A stretch of DNA of 63,437 nucleotides, the filler included, from Octopus bimaculoides (lineage: Eukaryota): NCBI RefSeq assembly GCF_001194135.2. It is 5 parts of 3 records of this genome, joined end to end, with 100 filler letters (N's around TTAATTAATTAA, not from the genome) between each part and the next. Parts side by side here need not be neighbours in the genome. Positions count along the whole stretch, not along the records: positions 1 to 29,094 come from NC_068983.1; 4 more parts are not named here. The stretch is one strand, 5' to 3'. The notes beneath the pieces are model-generated. The model was not told where the DNA came from and ran no database searches. It worked only from the letters and a program-made list of their open reading frames with translations. Of this stretch, positions 1-12,740 are shown piece by piece; within the stretch, counting starts at the first letter, position 1, and the number at the start of each line of letters is the position of its first letter. The translations under genes were made by a program, and so were the position numbers.

Positions 1-773
1 TAAAATGCACTTTATTACTTTTCTTATTAGTTAGATTTTTAGGTAAATAGGGTTGCTTTTTATTTGGTCCATTGCTATTACTACTTAAGTTATTAGGTCT
101 GTTAAAACACTTATGATTATTATTATTATTATTATCATCATTATTATTGTTGTTATTGTTACCATGTGTACTATTATCATTATTATTATTATTATTATCT
201 GTATCAAGAAGAGATGTTCTACCAGGGTTAAGGAAAGCAATTTTTTGGGCATATCCAGCTTTAGACAAGGCCATATTATAGTAGCTAGAATTAGAATTAA
301 ATATATCAATGTTGGAAGATAATTTAGTAATTCTTTCAGAAATACTTTTAACTAAAGAATTTAATACATTAGGTGGATGATTGGATATATATATTTACAT
401 ATAAGTGAATGTGTGTTGTGAATGGAGAGAATGTGTGAAGTGTGAAAAGAAATGAGGTATATCAGTGAACATGAACAATGAATAAGAATAAGAATAAGAA
501 TAGTGGAATCATGTGTATTGAGGAGACTCTGTTGGCATGGGTATGTCATGTGTATGGAGACGTAACACAACACAGCTAAAATAGTAGCTGGGCTGTTGCT
601 GTTTCTCAACCAATCAATGGACCAATTGAGTGAACCAATCAATTAGCAAACCTATAGTAAATATTGGAAAGAGCTGTAAGTCAGATTTACTGTAATAAAG
701 AAATATGTGGTGACCATTATTTACACTTTGTCTTGTATGTCTCACTGTGTAAAAGACTGGTCTAACTGGTCTA

Positions 774-810
<37 letters not shown>

Positions 811-1059
811 TATGTACATACACATACACACACACATGTATATCTATATATTGCTCCAATTCACTCAGCTGTAGAAATGGGTTGTGACATCACTGGGCCA
901 AGCTGCATTGGCTGTGCCTTTCCCTTGGACAACATTGGTGGTGTTGAGAGGGGTGAATGGTATGCATGGACTACTGCTGGTCAGCCACAAACAACTTTGC
1001 TCAGACTTGTGCCTCAGAAGGGATCTTTCCAGATGCAATCCCATGGTCATTCATGACCA

Positions 1060-1240
1060 AAGGGGGTGATCGTTAGCATGAGACATGGTCCTCCAACTTA
1101 TCTGGGAGAGCAGCAACTCCAAATAAGAATTGATTGAAACTATACTGACCCATCCAACCTACATCAGCATCAAAAGTGGACATAAAATGATAATGACAAC
1201 GATAATGATGATGATGATGATGATGATAAGGATGATGATA
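1060..1240 (+). mobile_element. Degraded LINE/SINE 3' tail ending in (GAT)n (RTE-like)
   Basis: GACCCATCCAACCTACATCAGCATCAAAAGTGGACATAAAATGAT...(GAT)n. A related tail is at 40720-40830 and a related segment (minus strand) at about 55380-55530. Confidence 0.5.
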
Positions 1241-1284
1241 TATGTAATGGGGATTTAAAAATAAATGAGAGTCAATGTACTAAC

Positions 1285-1355
1285 CCTTGTTCTGTAAGAT
1301 AGTGAATGATAAGAATAAGAAGATTTTTCCGTCTTTGGGATGTTTTTAATTCCTC
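1285..1355 (-). CDS. KATNAL2: KATNAL2 second coding exon (LisH motif)
   Basis: Polypyrimidine tract/TGCAG acceptor and GTTAGT donor; in frame with exon 1. Encodes [23 protein letters not shown](G), versus KATNAL2 [23 protein letters not shown]. No further exon was recognised in 1-1284, so the gene probably continues left of the window. Confidence 0.9.
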
Positions 1356-2706
1356 CTGCAAACAAAAATGAGAATTCTAATGGAATTTCTTGAATAAGCA
1401 TTGATATATTTGGGGTTAAGTACTTCTTTTTCTCCACACCAATCTTCTGTGGAATAACATTGGTGTTACAGATGAGTCCGTGAGGCAGTGTTGATATTGG
1501 TTACTCAACTTGCAAGAAATACAAGTCAAATCTTTCACAAATCACACTGAAAACCACCATGGTTGTTTGATTTCTTAAAATAATAGCCAAATCTCCAAAT
1601 TCAACCCTCTTGTCTTAAAAATGGACAAATAAATATTGGATTGTAAAGATTAATCATGCAAAGATAGGATTGTCACAGCTTAGGCCCACCCAGAAAAATA
1701 TATATAGATGTTTGTTAAATGTAGATGTAAGATGGCTGAGAGGATAAAGAATCACAAGTTAAAATCTATTGCTTGTACTAGAGAGTAGATTTTATTTTAC
1801 ACTAAACTCGTGTCATGCTGGACTCCAGTACTCATCCATGAGGATGAGCATACACATTTATTGATATATTATACTGGTAAATTCCTCCAGAAAGGTATAA
1901 ATATCAGAACAACCATCTACTCAAACTATTCTAGTTAGTTAAAAAACAGAGGATATTTATGAGCTGGTAGAAACAGCAGGCAAATTTTCAATCAAATCAC
2001 ACTTAAGAGTTTTAATAATCAGCCTGGAGGTCATGGTTGGAAAGCCTTTAATTATAGGCCTTCTGAGTTATAGGGCTGAACGAAAACAACTGTAGATACT
2101 GTTATTTAAGATATTATTTTCGAATATGTTAATCCAAAATATTAAATAGCATGATGATAAACTTTCTGGCCTAATGAAGAATATATTTGACCATGTAGTT
2201 ACTGCATGTGTAACATACTTAAAAAAAGGCATAATACAGACACCACACATTAATACACATACATACACAAGCACACAAACACATAAATATAATCGATTCT
2301 CGATCTGTTTTCGTGCGTGTGTTTCGTGTTATCTTTAAAAATTTACACACGAGTAAAGACACCTTTGTTTTCCAATGTTGTGTTGCTTGCATTACATAAG
2401 GTGTGATTTGGTTTCGTTTTCTAACGGTCACGTAGAAGCACCATAATACAAAACTTATTAAAAGTTATATATGTTAAAATGAGTAGTATTAAGGTATGGA
2501 TATAATTTTATCAAGTTTTAAATTTAAAGTTGTTTAGGTGTAAATATTATTGTAAATTGTCTCTGTGTGTGCGTGTACACACACTTATGTGTGCGTGTAT
2601 GTGTGTGTGTGTACATACATACATACATTACATACAAGCTCACACATGTATATGCGTGTACAACGAATATGATAGGAAAAGAAATTACCATACAATGAAA
2701 ACTTAC

Positions 2707-2763
2707 TGCTTCTCGCGCCTGATGTGCACACCGTAGTCCTTGATAACTTAATCCAGTCGACAT
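2707..2763 (-). CDS. KATNAL2: KATNAL2 (katanin p60-like 2) first coding exon
   Basis: ATG at 2763 gives MSTGLSYQGLRCAHQAREA, followed by a GTAAGT donor (2706-2701, phase 0). Closely matches the N-terminus of human KATNAL2 as I recall it (MELSYQTLKFTHQAREA). Confidence 0.88.
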
Positions 2764-4271
2764 TTTTACATAGTTTAGATGATAATAACCATTGCATATA
2801 TCAAAGATTATCGTGAAAGTATTGTGTCACCGATGAAAACAAGAACAGGTATGTTAAGGAACGATATGGCAGAGGTGCATCACTTAGAGATTTCATTGTC
2901 CACGTTATACCGATTTATTGATTACACGTTACTAAGGCATGAACAACATAATGAGTTGTTTCCCTTGGAGCAAGTTACTTCCCCTGTCTCTTACATCGTA
3001 TTCCTTGCAATATTTCTATTTCTAATTTGTTTAGGTGCCTGTGTGTCATTTATATTTGCGCAGACCATTACTAGATACTGTACTAACAAAGGCAATCACA
3101 GTTTTACTGTATGCTGCTAAATGTGTTATAAATAGCTGCCAAATCTTCATGAAATCAAGCGTTACTCACTTAAAAAGAGAAAAGCTCATTGACGACAAAG
3201 TCCTTGGCCGTAAACATTTAGAAAAGACGGCTTATGACAGGAATAACTTAGATCATAGTTCGATTCCGCTCAGGGTCGACCTACTACTGAGCAATAACAA
3301 CGACAGTTAGCTTACCTATTCCAATTTTATAATTAAATTAATCTGAATAGATTACTTTAAAAATGAACGGAAAATAAGTGATTTTTAGCATCAAAGTCTG
3401 GATGTTTAAAATAAAACTTCCGAAGCAGAATACTGCAGTTGAAACGAACACTTTTGTTTAATAAGACGTCGAAACCCAGCTCTGTTATTATATATTCAAT
3501 CTGAAAATGTCCATCAAGTTTAAAGGCTCACACAAAATACAATAATAAATGAAAATAACTCAACCAAATTGACTGCCGTTGATATATTAGTTGATATCAC
3601 CGTTGATATATTAGTGTAGTAACCGCAGTGTTACAGACTTACTATTAATCACAACAGTCATTATTTTCACGTATTTAAATATATTTTAAAAGCTTCTCAA
3701 TAAATCTAACAGTCCAAAGCATGTTCCCTGTCTGTAAATGTTTAGCTGTCCCTTAAGATCTTTCTTTTGGAGACGTGGCCGGGATCCCCGTGAAATATTT
3801 TTCAAAGAATAAAACTCATTTCAGGCTTTGAGGATGGGTGATGAAATATGTTTCTTTTAAAATTGAGGGTACAAGGCCCAAATGAACATATAGATGGATA
3901 GGTTGTGTTCCATCTAATGTGAATCTACTCAGAAGGTTGTAATATCATTTGACAGGAAAACCGGTATGAAGAATACATAAAACAAGGCTGTGACTTTATA
4001 TACCTTTAATGTGGCCACACGTACATACACAATGTGAATGATAAGTGAAAGTGGTTGATGTACATTTATTCATATATCTACATGCATCTGCGTGGGTTGT
4101 ATGTTAGCAGTTAACCCTGGTGCGGAAAACTCAAGAACAGCGATATGTTAGAACCAGAGCAGTGCGTTGGTGCTGTGTAAATGTTGTTGACGACGTTGGT
4201 GAGAGATGATAGCGGCGACGAAGATGAAGGTCGCTGTAATGTGGTCAGACCTTAGGAGGTCCACAACCAAC

Positions 4272-6160
4272 AGTATTTCTTTATTTAAGCACTCAGGCTC
4301 TTACACAGACGAGACAGCAAAATGACAGACAGGACACTACGGTGGGGACAAAACGCATAAAACGAATGAAAATTTAAAAAATATATATAATGAAATCGAT
4401 GAGAATGAAATGGCTGCATTGAACCCCACTTCTCAAGCAATACCATTTAACTTAGTTTATACAAGTTATGAAAGTTTTCTTTTTGCGTCTTTCTCCCGTT
4501 CTTTTTTTTAAAGTCTATTTCCTCTTTTTTTCCTTTTCTTTTTCTCCTTTGTTAATAAGTCTATTTCTTTTTTCGTTCTTCTTTTAAAGTACTCCTTTAT
4601 TACCATTCGTTACAGGTATTAGCTCCTCGTATGTAAGTTCTTTTAGTAGTTCTTCAAATTCAATTTCTTCCCCCAAAGGGTTCACATCACCTTTAAATAG
4701 TTCTTTCAACTTTTATACCTTTTCTTGGCAATCACCACTCCCTTTATGTGTTCCGGGTATCATTCAGCTGGTAATTCAGTCCTTGTGGCACCTATGAATT
4801 TCGTTATTTTCCGCTCTATGACGCACTTTTCCCGTATGTTACTACATGCCATTTTTCTTATTATTATTTTCTTGCTTACACTCCAGACCTGGACTGTCCG
4901 GGCTATTCGTTTTCCTTAGTTCCTCAGTCTGTACATACCCACGATCGTCCACGATTATATCTTCCACTCTATGCTGCAATACTTCTATTGGTGTATCTCA
5001 CCAGTTCCTCTGTACCCCCTCTATTTTCTCCTCTACTTCCTGCTTTCGTTTTTGGTTCTCTGTCGGAGAGCTCACCCGCTCTTTTCTCTTCCGCTTTTTT
5101 ACACTAAACGTCTCCTCTTTATTTTCCTTTATTTCCGATCCCTCTTCTTCGGCGGGCTGCTCTTCGCATTGTTGTTACTCTACTTCACTTTCTTGCTGAG
5201 GGCACTTTGCTTTCATGTGTCCTTTTTGTTTACATAAAAAAAACATGTTAGAGGTCTTCCATCCACCACCACTCTTAGCGTAATGTCTTCCGGAAGAAGA
5301 ATCTCTTCTACAATTCCATGTAAGTCTTTTAACCCAACTTGAATTACCATTTCTAGGCCGTAGTCCCAACAATTAACTTCCTTCGTTCCGGTTATCTTCA
5401 GAATCCTTCCATCTTCCTCCATTCCGTGCATGACTGCTGCCACCAGCCATGCCTCTTCGATCTCGGGCAGCACTCTGCCGACTCTCACTCTGGCAACATA
5501 TTTGACACAGCACCCACTCTTGTGTCCTTATCAGCTCAGTGGAGTGGTTAATAGCGTCCTCCTCACTGGAGAACCTAATCTCCACTGTGCCGTATTTTCT
5601 TCCACGTGTATAGAAGGTGGCTAATCCTCTCACTTCACCTAGACATTCCTCTATTGCCTCTATTGGAGCAATCTCTATTTTCTTGGTAGTGGTTGAGAAC
5701 GTCCTGTACACAGCCGTCTTCCTTGCTACATTCTTCTTCATTTCTTCTGCTGTGTGGTGGTGGTGGTGGTGGGGGTCAGCTATAAACTGGCCCCCTCCTT
5801 TTGTGACAATTTGTTTCCTTTTTTCCATTCTTTTGTCTCTATTTTCATTTCGTGAACTTCATGTGTGTTGGTCGTAATGCCTTGTGTAGGTGCGGATGCA
5901 TAACTTGCGACATGTTCCATTTCTCCTCTTTTCACCACTTCACCCATAATGGGGAAGAAACAATTTTCACAAACAGGCAGAACGCAGTAACAAAAATTCA
6001 ACAATTTAACAGTTCAACAATTTAAACAATTCAACGAATCTTGGTTCTCCCGCGCGGGGAGACCTACAATAAACATATAATAACAGTGTGTAACAATTCG
6101 AACTCACGTCAAAAAAAAAAAAACTACTACCAACACCCCTCTGTCTGGATAAGACAGACT
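4272..6160 (-). mobile_element. ORF1-only (gag-like) non-LTR element, copy 1, frameshifted
   Basis: ATG at 5828, then an RRM-like region (TFYTRGRKYGTVEIRFSSEEDA), a CCHC knuckle (C..C KQKGHMKAKC, ~5190-5240), a K/E-rich linker and a C-terminal KLKELFKGDVNPLGEEIEFE...YEE ending at a stop at 4584. The 3' UTR ends in AATAAAGAAAT at ~4275. No RT or endonuclease between ORF1 and the tail. Confidence 0.75.
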
Positions 6161-6182
6161 GCGAGACTAGGAGGAGGTGAGC

Positions 6183-6320
6183 TTTTATAGCCAAAGGTAG
6201 GCTCAAATGCAGTTTAGAACAGACTGTCTCACGTGATTTATTTGGAGGTTGCGATTGGCTGGTTTGCATATTGGCGCACGATAGAGTAAGAGACAAATTG
6301 CGCCAATACCAACCAATCAG
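6183..6320 (-). promoter_or_regulatory. Pol II promoter-like cluster upstream of ORF1-only copy 1
   Basis: Minus-strand TATAAAA (6183-6189), E-box CACGTG (6230-6235), octamer-like ATGCAAA (6263-6269) and four CCAAT boxes (6254, 6270, 6303, 6314). Confidence 0.5.
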
Positions 6321-7938
6321 AGTGGTGACACAACGGGGTCCAAAACAGCGCCCAAAAGTTAGCTGTTTCCTGCTACGTTCGTATATATGTGTATATATAA
6401 TAGAGAGAGGAAGTTCACTAGAGTTCGCTACAAACATTAAATCCTGAACTGAGTTTTTTCAATACAATTAATCTGTATAGTATTAAATTTTAATGTAGTT
6501 TTTCCTTCTTTGAAGAAAAAATAAAGTTATGATAATTTATGAACAAAAAAAGCTTTTCATTTGTCTATGATTACGTAAGCATAATTGAACATTACTGCAG
6601 ATGTCAATTTATCCGAATTGGTTTCAAATTTTGGTACGGGGCCAACAATTTCGAGGGTGGGCCGAATCGATTACATCGATCCCAGAACTCAACTGGTATT
6701 TATTTAATCGACCCCGAAAGGATGAAAAGCAAAGTCAATATCGGCGGAATTTGATCTCAGAGCGTACAGACGGACGAAATGCTGCTAGGCATTTTGCCCG
6801 GCGTGCTAACGACTCTGCCAGCTCACCTCCTTAGTTTAACTGAACATTACCATTTGTAAACGTTCGTAAATTTATCACTTTAGCACTAGAGTAACTAAAT
6901 AACAATAGAAGTTATACAAAGTGTCTAATCAAGTAATGAAATGCTCTTTTCTGGTTTTACTTTTTGTAAATTTTCTAATAATACTATTAAAATTAATTTC
7001 ACTGACAATTTTTAATTCAGAACTCACCTCGCTAAACTACCTAATCAGATTTGAGACATTGTAGACTATAAATAAGTTTTGACGCATTTAGTTTGCTAAA
7101 ATATCTTTCTACTGGAATTGTCAATAATATTCTCAAACTAACAATTGGAAGTATTTCAGTATGTTTATAATAAGTTTGTAAATTTAGCAATTCTAAATAT
7201 TTCGGCCCTGATTTTCCAAAATTTGCTTTATTTACTGAAAGTGAATGTTACCCTTCTGTTGAAAAATCTCCATTGTTTAAGCCAACAGTTTATTGGTAAG
7301 CTATTTTTTAGCCATTTTAAAAAGTAGGCTTTATTTCTCTTTTTTTTTTTACGACGTTAAGGTGTGATTTGAATGAGATTCAACCGCTATTTCTTAAAGC
7401 TGTGTTGATATTGCTGTAATTTACGTTGTATAATAGCTGTAGCTGAATTTTTTGAGATGGTAGAGTGATAGATAAAATGATATGCTTCAGTTAGTTAAAT
7501 TCCTTAACGTTCTGCGTTCATTCTTCAATGGTTGGCTAAATAAAGCACTAGTCAACCACTGTGGTAGACTTAGACAACTCAACCCTCTCCTGAATTCACG
7601 TCCTTATAGCTATTTTAGAAATCAATACTGAATTTGAGTGAGGGCGGCGAGGTGACAGAATCGTCACCGCGCCGAACATGATGATTAGAAGCATTTCGCC
7701 CGTCTTTTCTTACACAAATTTAACATTGGTTTCAAATTATGGCATAAAGCCAGAAATTTCGGGGAAGGGGTCTAAGTCGATCAGATCAATCCAATTGCTC
7801 AACTGGTACTTATTTTGTCGACCACCAAAGGATGAAAGGCAAAGTCAACCTCAGCGGAATTTTAACTCAGAAAGTAAAGCATTTCGCCCGGCGTGCTAAC
7901 GATTCTGCCAGCTTACTGCCTTACCCAATCTTCACAAC

Positions 7939-8000
<62 letters not shown>

Positions 8001-8003
<3 letters not shown>

Positions 8004-8358
8004 GGAGCACCAAGGCAACACCAACGTCCTTCCAACGATTATCCAGAGATGATTTTTAAAATGAGTGAGAATATCTGAAATAAATTCGGCTGCTCTCACA
8101 AACGAGAATACTAAAAATGAACCTCGCCGCTCTCAAAAATTAAGTGAAAAAATATAAAAACAGGAAAAAAAATTCGGAATCCTTGTCGGTACCGGATCGA
8201 TCCCAAAATCTAATCAGTTCGTGCCAGTTACGATTCCAAATATCCCTGAAAGTTTCATTCGAATCCATCCTGCGGTTCTTGAGATATCTTGTCCACGGAC
8301 AAACAAACAAACAAACACGACTGAAAACAATATCTCCGCCTTAGCGAAGGCGGAGGTA
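8001..8358 (+). mobile_element. Helentron-associated (HINE-like) non-autonomous element
   Basis: Flanked by (AAT)n, internal (ACAA)n, and a 3' 9-bp hairpin CTCCGCCTT-AGCG-AAGGCGGAG (8334-8355). No TSD or long TIR. Confidence 0.55.
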
Positions 8359-10248
8359 ATAATAATAAAAGTTGTGAGAGAGATAATATGAATAACATCA
8401 GCCGATTGAAACAGTTGCGCACTACAGTCAACAGATGCTTAATGGATATGTTTCTAAGTCAACTCGGAAAGACAACAGAGCTGTTTTATTTAACAAATTT
8501 AGTGACAAAGAGGCTGTTAATTGATCTATTTTTATCATCATTTTTAGAATCATTGCCCGCCAGCTTTCGGGTCAATAGGTGGTCTTATCTGATAAAGTGG
8601 ATATGGAGTAACATCAGTGATAAGTGATCTGTGTCTCTTAGGGTCGTTATGACTATAGAATATGCGTTTATCAGAGATAGTGTCGTTGTTATAATTATAA
8701 CTAATGTCAGAATTATTAACAGGTGAATCAGTGGAGAGGAGGAAGGATCGGATGGATATGAATGACTTGCTTGAAGGCTTCTCGTTTATCTTTCACAGAA
8801 CATTCGTAAACATATCATAAATTCTGTCTTGTATAAATCATTGGACTGCGGCCATTCTGGGGCACTGCCTAGAAGGTTTTTAGTCGAACAAATTGGCCCC
8901 AGTACTTATTAAAAAAAAGTCTGTCAGTCACTAAGGCCGAACCGCTAATTGATGAGGATATAAGCAAATCAGCATCTGTTGTCTAGCAGTTGGAGGACAA
9001 AAACACAAAGGTTACGCACACATGCATATACATACACACATGTATACGACAGGCTTCCACCTATCAAATCTGCACACAAGGCTTTGGTTGGTTTGGGACT
9101 ACATCTTTATCTTTTACTCGTTTCAGTTATTAGAGTGCCTCCCCGCTGGAGCACCGCCTTGAAAAATTTTAGTCAAACGAATCAGCTCCAGTATTTATTT
9201 TCTTTATCTACTTTATTTATTTTCTTTATTTACTTTATTTATTTTCTATCGGTCTTTCTTGCCGAACAGCGAAGTTACAGGGATCTAAACACTCCAACAC
9301 CAGTTGTCAGCCGGTGGTGGTGGTGGTGGTGGTCAAGCATAAACACCTTTCTTCCTTTTCTTTCTTTTTCTCTCTGCCAATGTCCATAATTCTTCCCTCT
9401 CTTTTTCCTCCANNNNNNNNNNNNNNNNNNNNNNNNNNNNNNNNNNNNNNNNNNNNNNNNNNNNNNNNNNNNNNNNNNNNNNNNNNNNNNNNNNNNNNNN
9501 NNNNNNNNNNNNNNNNNNNNNNNNNNNNNNNNNNNNNNNNNNNNNNNNNNNNNNNNNNNNNNNNNNNNNNNNNNNNNNNNNNNNNNNNNNNNNNNNNNNN
9601 NNNNNNNNNNNNNNNNNNNNNNNNNNNNNNNNNNNNNNNNNNNNNNNNNNNNNNNNNNNNNNNNNNNNNNNNNNNNNNNNNNNNNNNNNNNNNNNNNNNN
9701 NNNNNNNNNNNNNNNNNNNNNNNNNNNNNNNNNNNNNNNNNNNNNNNNNNNNNNNNNNNNNNNNNNNNNNNNNNNNNNNNNNNNNNNNNNNNNNNNNNNN
9801 NNNNNNNNNNNNNNNNNNNNNNNNNNNNNNNNNNNNNNNNNNNNNNNNNNNNNNNNNNNNNNNNNNNNNNNNNNNNNNNNNNNNNNNNNNNNNNNNNNNN
9901 NNNNNNNNNNNNNNNNNNNNNNNNNNNNNNNNNNNNNNNNNNNNNNNNNNNNNNNNNNNNNNNNNNNNNNNNNNNNNNNNNNNNNNNNNNNNNNNNNNNN
10001 NNNNNNNNNNNNNNNNNNNNNNNNNNNNNNNNNNNNNNNNNNNNNNNNNNNNNNNNNNNNNNNNNNNNNNNNNNNNNNNNNNNNNNNNNNNNNNNNNNNN
10101 NNNNNNNNNNNNNNNNNNNNNNNNNNNNNNNNNNNNNNNNNNNNNNNNNNNNNNNNNNNNNNNNNNNNNNNNNNNNNNNNNNNNNNNNNNNNNNNNNNNN
10201 NNNNNNNNNNNNNNNNNNNNNNNNNNNNNNNNNNNNNNNNNNNNNNNT

Positions 10249-12740
10249 TGATTCTTTATTTCCCGCAAGGGGACAACATAGAGTGGGGACAGCACAATCT
10301 GAATGGGGTCAGATTAACGAATGATTATAACAGAAAAGATGAATTTAAAAATTTATAAATTAATTTAAAGACGAATGATACACAAACCAAAAGACATTAC
10401 GGATGGAGTTGGGGGTGGGTTTTTCTCGGACCCCACGAGCCCCGCCACACCACTGATGCTTGAGACTCGTCCTGCGTCGTATTCATAAAGTATCATCCAT
10501 ACGCAACATTTGTGCAACACCCTTCCATCGGTTTTCAAACATTTTCGCAGATAGGCATCTTCTCTCCAGCCCTATTTTCCTTTTCAGGTGAAAGGTGAAG
10601 TAATTCACCAATCCAGGGCCAGAGATGAAGTTGCTTGACTTTAACTCTTTCACTCTGGTCTTCCATATCACCTCTCTCGCAATTACTACTACAGTGAGAA
10701 AACAATTCTTACATTCTTTCGAGAGGAAATCCTGCGGGTTGATTTTTACAGTTGACTCAGTCGATAGCTGTACTCTTCGTGTACGTGACAACATATGTTC
10801 AGCATAAACCCACACGTCCGATACCTCCGAACACTGAACAATAGCGTGCGGCACGGTTTCACTATCCCGCTCACATCTTGAACTGGTCGGTGGGCCGTGG
10901 CCTCCATGCCTTGTGAGCTTATCCCGAACAGGTAAGGCTCCGCAGTAACACTGCCATGCCAGAGACTTCTGTAAGTTGTCCAGGGTCTTCGTCCCGAATA
11001 TACGTTAGAACAGACCGGCCAGCTGATTATCATCGAGACCTAGGGTCTTCCCTAAGGTATCGTCACATTCCGCATCTATCAGCCCTCTATAAAAGAATGC
11101 GGTGGAACCTCCACCGCAGGCATTGCCCGCAGGCATTGACGGAATAGCTGGAGGGCCCTACGACACTCCATCACCCATGCACTCGATCTACGATAGAACC
11201 AGGTTTCCTGTCCACTGAAACTAGTGAACGTGGGAAACATCCGTTTCGCCAGCGAAGATCACACCCACCCACCACCCAGGTAGAGCCACAGATGCCTCAA
11301 CCTCAGCGCATGTTTGCGCATCATCAACCAAGGCATCCCTAGCCCACCTTTTAACGCTGTTGGCAGCAAATAGAGTGTCTCACAAGCGGTTTCTAGCCCT
11401 TCTACACGAAGCAGAAGAGCTGTCTTTCCAGCTTGACCAACCACGAATCAGGGCAAGGAACGACGGTTAGGCGGTAGGTGATGACCGATACGATTAACAC
11501 ATTGGCTACCTTCACCTTCCCTTTCAGGGATAGCCACCGCCAAGACCAAGTCTTGACTATGTTGGTCACTCTGCTCGATACCTCGGCCCAGTGCTTCTCT
11601 ATTTAGAGGTCTAGTCCGAACCAAACTCCAAACAACTTAATCGGTCCCTCCGTCCAACGTCCCACGACGCTGTCAATAGGCATCGACTTGCATCTCCAGG
11701 TGCCGAGCTGCAAGCCGACTGACTTTTCACGATTAACCTGCCACCGTCTCGTATTCCTCAATGGCCTTGCCTACCCTCTGTAGGTGATCTATTTCGGTTA
11801 CGATGATGGTGATTTCGTCCGCGTAAGCTGAAACTGACTTTCCACAACCCGGCTATCTCGGGATGTCGCTCAATTTTTGCAGCAAATACTCAAGAGCCAT
11901 CTCATACAAAAGCGAGGAGAGCGGACATCCTTGACGGACCAAGCGTTTGATGTTGAACGGCTTCGATAAAAAGCTGTTCACCCGAACTACCGAGTCGATG
12001 TTGACTTAAATCTGAAGGACCCACCTGAGGAAGCCGAAACCCAGACCGAACTGCGTCAGAACGGACACCAGGTAACAATGGTCAACCCTATCGAAAGCCT
12101 TTGATTAGTCTAAATGGACCACTGCCCCGCTCTTGCCAGAATCGTTATTAAACCTCTCTAAAGTGTACCGTATAAGATGGAGATTAACCTGGATGGTTCT
12201 ACTGGGAATGGCACATGTCTGTGCCTCCCCGATCAGACCATCTGCGACACGCACCAATCTTTTCGATAACACTTTGGCCAATATCTTCAACTCTGCGTTT
12301 AGCAGAGTGATGGGGTGGAAATTATCAATGGAATCCCTCTTGTCCGGGTCCTTCTGACAAGAGTCACCACTTCCCGGCGCACAGACCTGGGAATCAACCC
12401 ATTCTGCTGCCAGTTCGCATAGACATTTGCCAGCAGGTGCCCGAACAAGTCTGACATACTCTTATACAACTCATAGGGTAGACCATCCAGTTTCGGCGCC
12501 TTACCCGCGTCGCAGTCTGCCATAGCCTCAATTACCTTCTCAGATGTGATCGGCCCTTCACAATGCTCCACGTCCTGCCCCGAGAGACGCGGCAACCCGG
12601 CGAGGAAGTCCGTTAGGTCCCTCCTATTATCTGGTCCACTGCCCCGCCGAAAAGCTGGGCGAAGTGCTGCTGAAAGGCCATACACATCTCCTCGGGTTCG
12701 TGTATCAACTTACCTCGGTAGTTCGTCAAAGATCGGATTG
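10249..12740 (-). mobile_element. Tx1/L1-clade LINE, 5'-truncated ORF2 (RT) plus 3' UTR, degraded
   Basis: Fragments LDGLPYELY, KILAKVLSKRL...QTCAIPSRTIQ, LD*SKAFDRVDH and VRQGCPLS, plus the C-terminal Cys-rich region. The 3' end carries AATAAAGAA at ~10251. Confidence 0.9.

Noticed and set aside
190-285. Possible third KATNAL2 exon (GYYNMALSKAGYAQKIAF...)
   Set aside because: The phase fits, but beyond GY it does not match KATNAL2 (GYIDTA...VCDNIDL). It resembles a Penelope RT remnant (compare YYKNTLAKSG at ~17690).
6615-6835. tRNA-like A/B-box sequences
   Set aside because: These are SINE heads fused to SINE bodies; no complete cloverleaf tRNA gene is supported.
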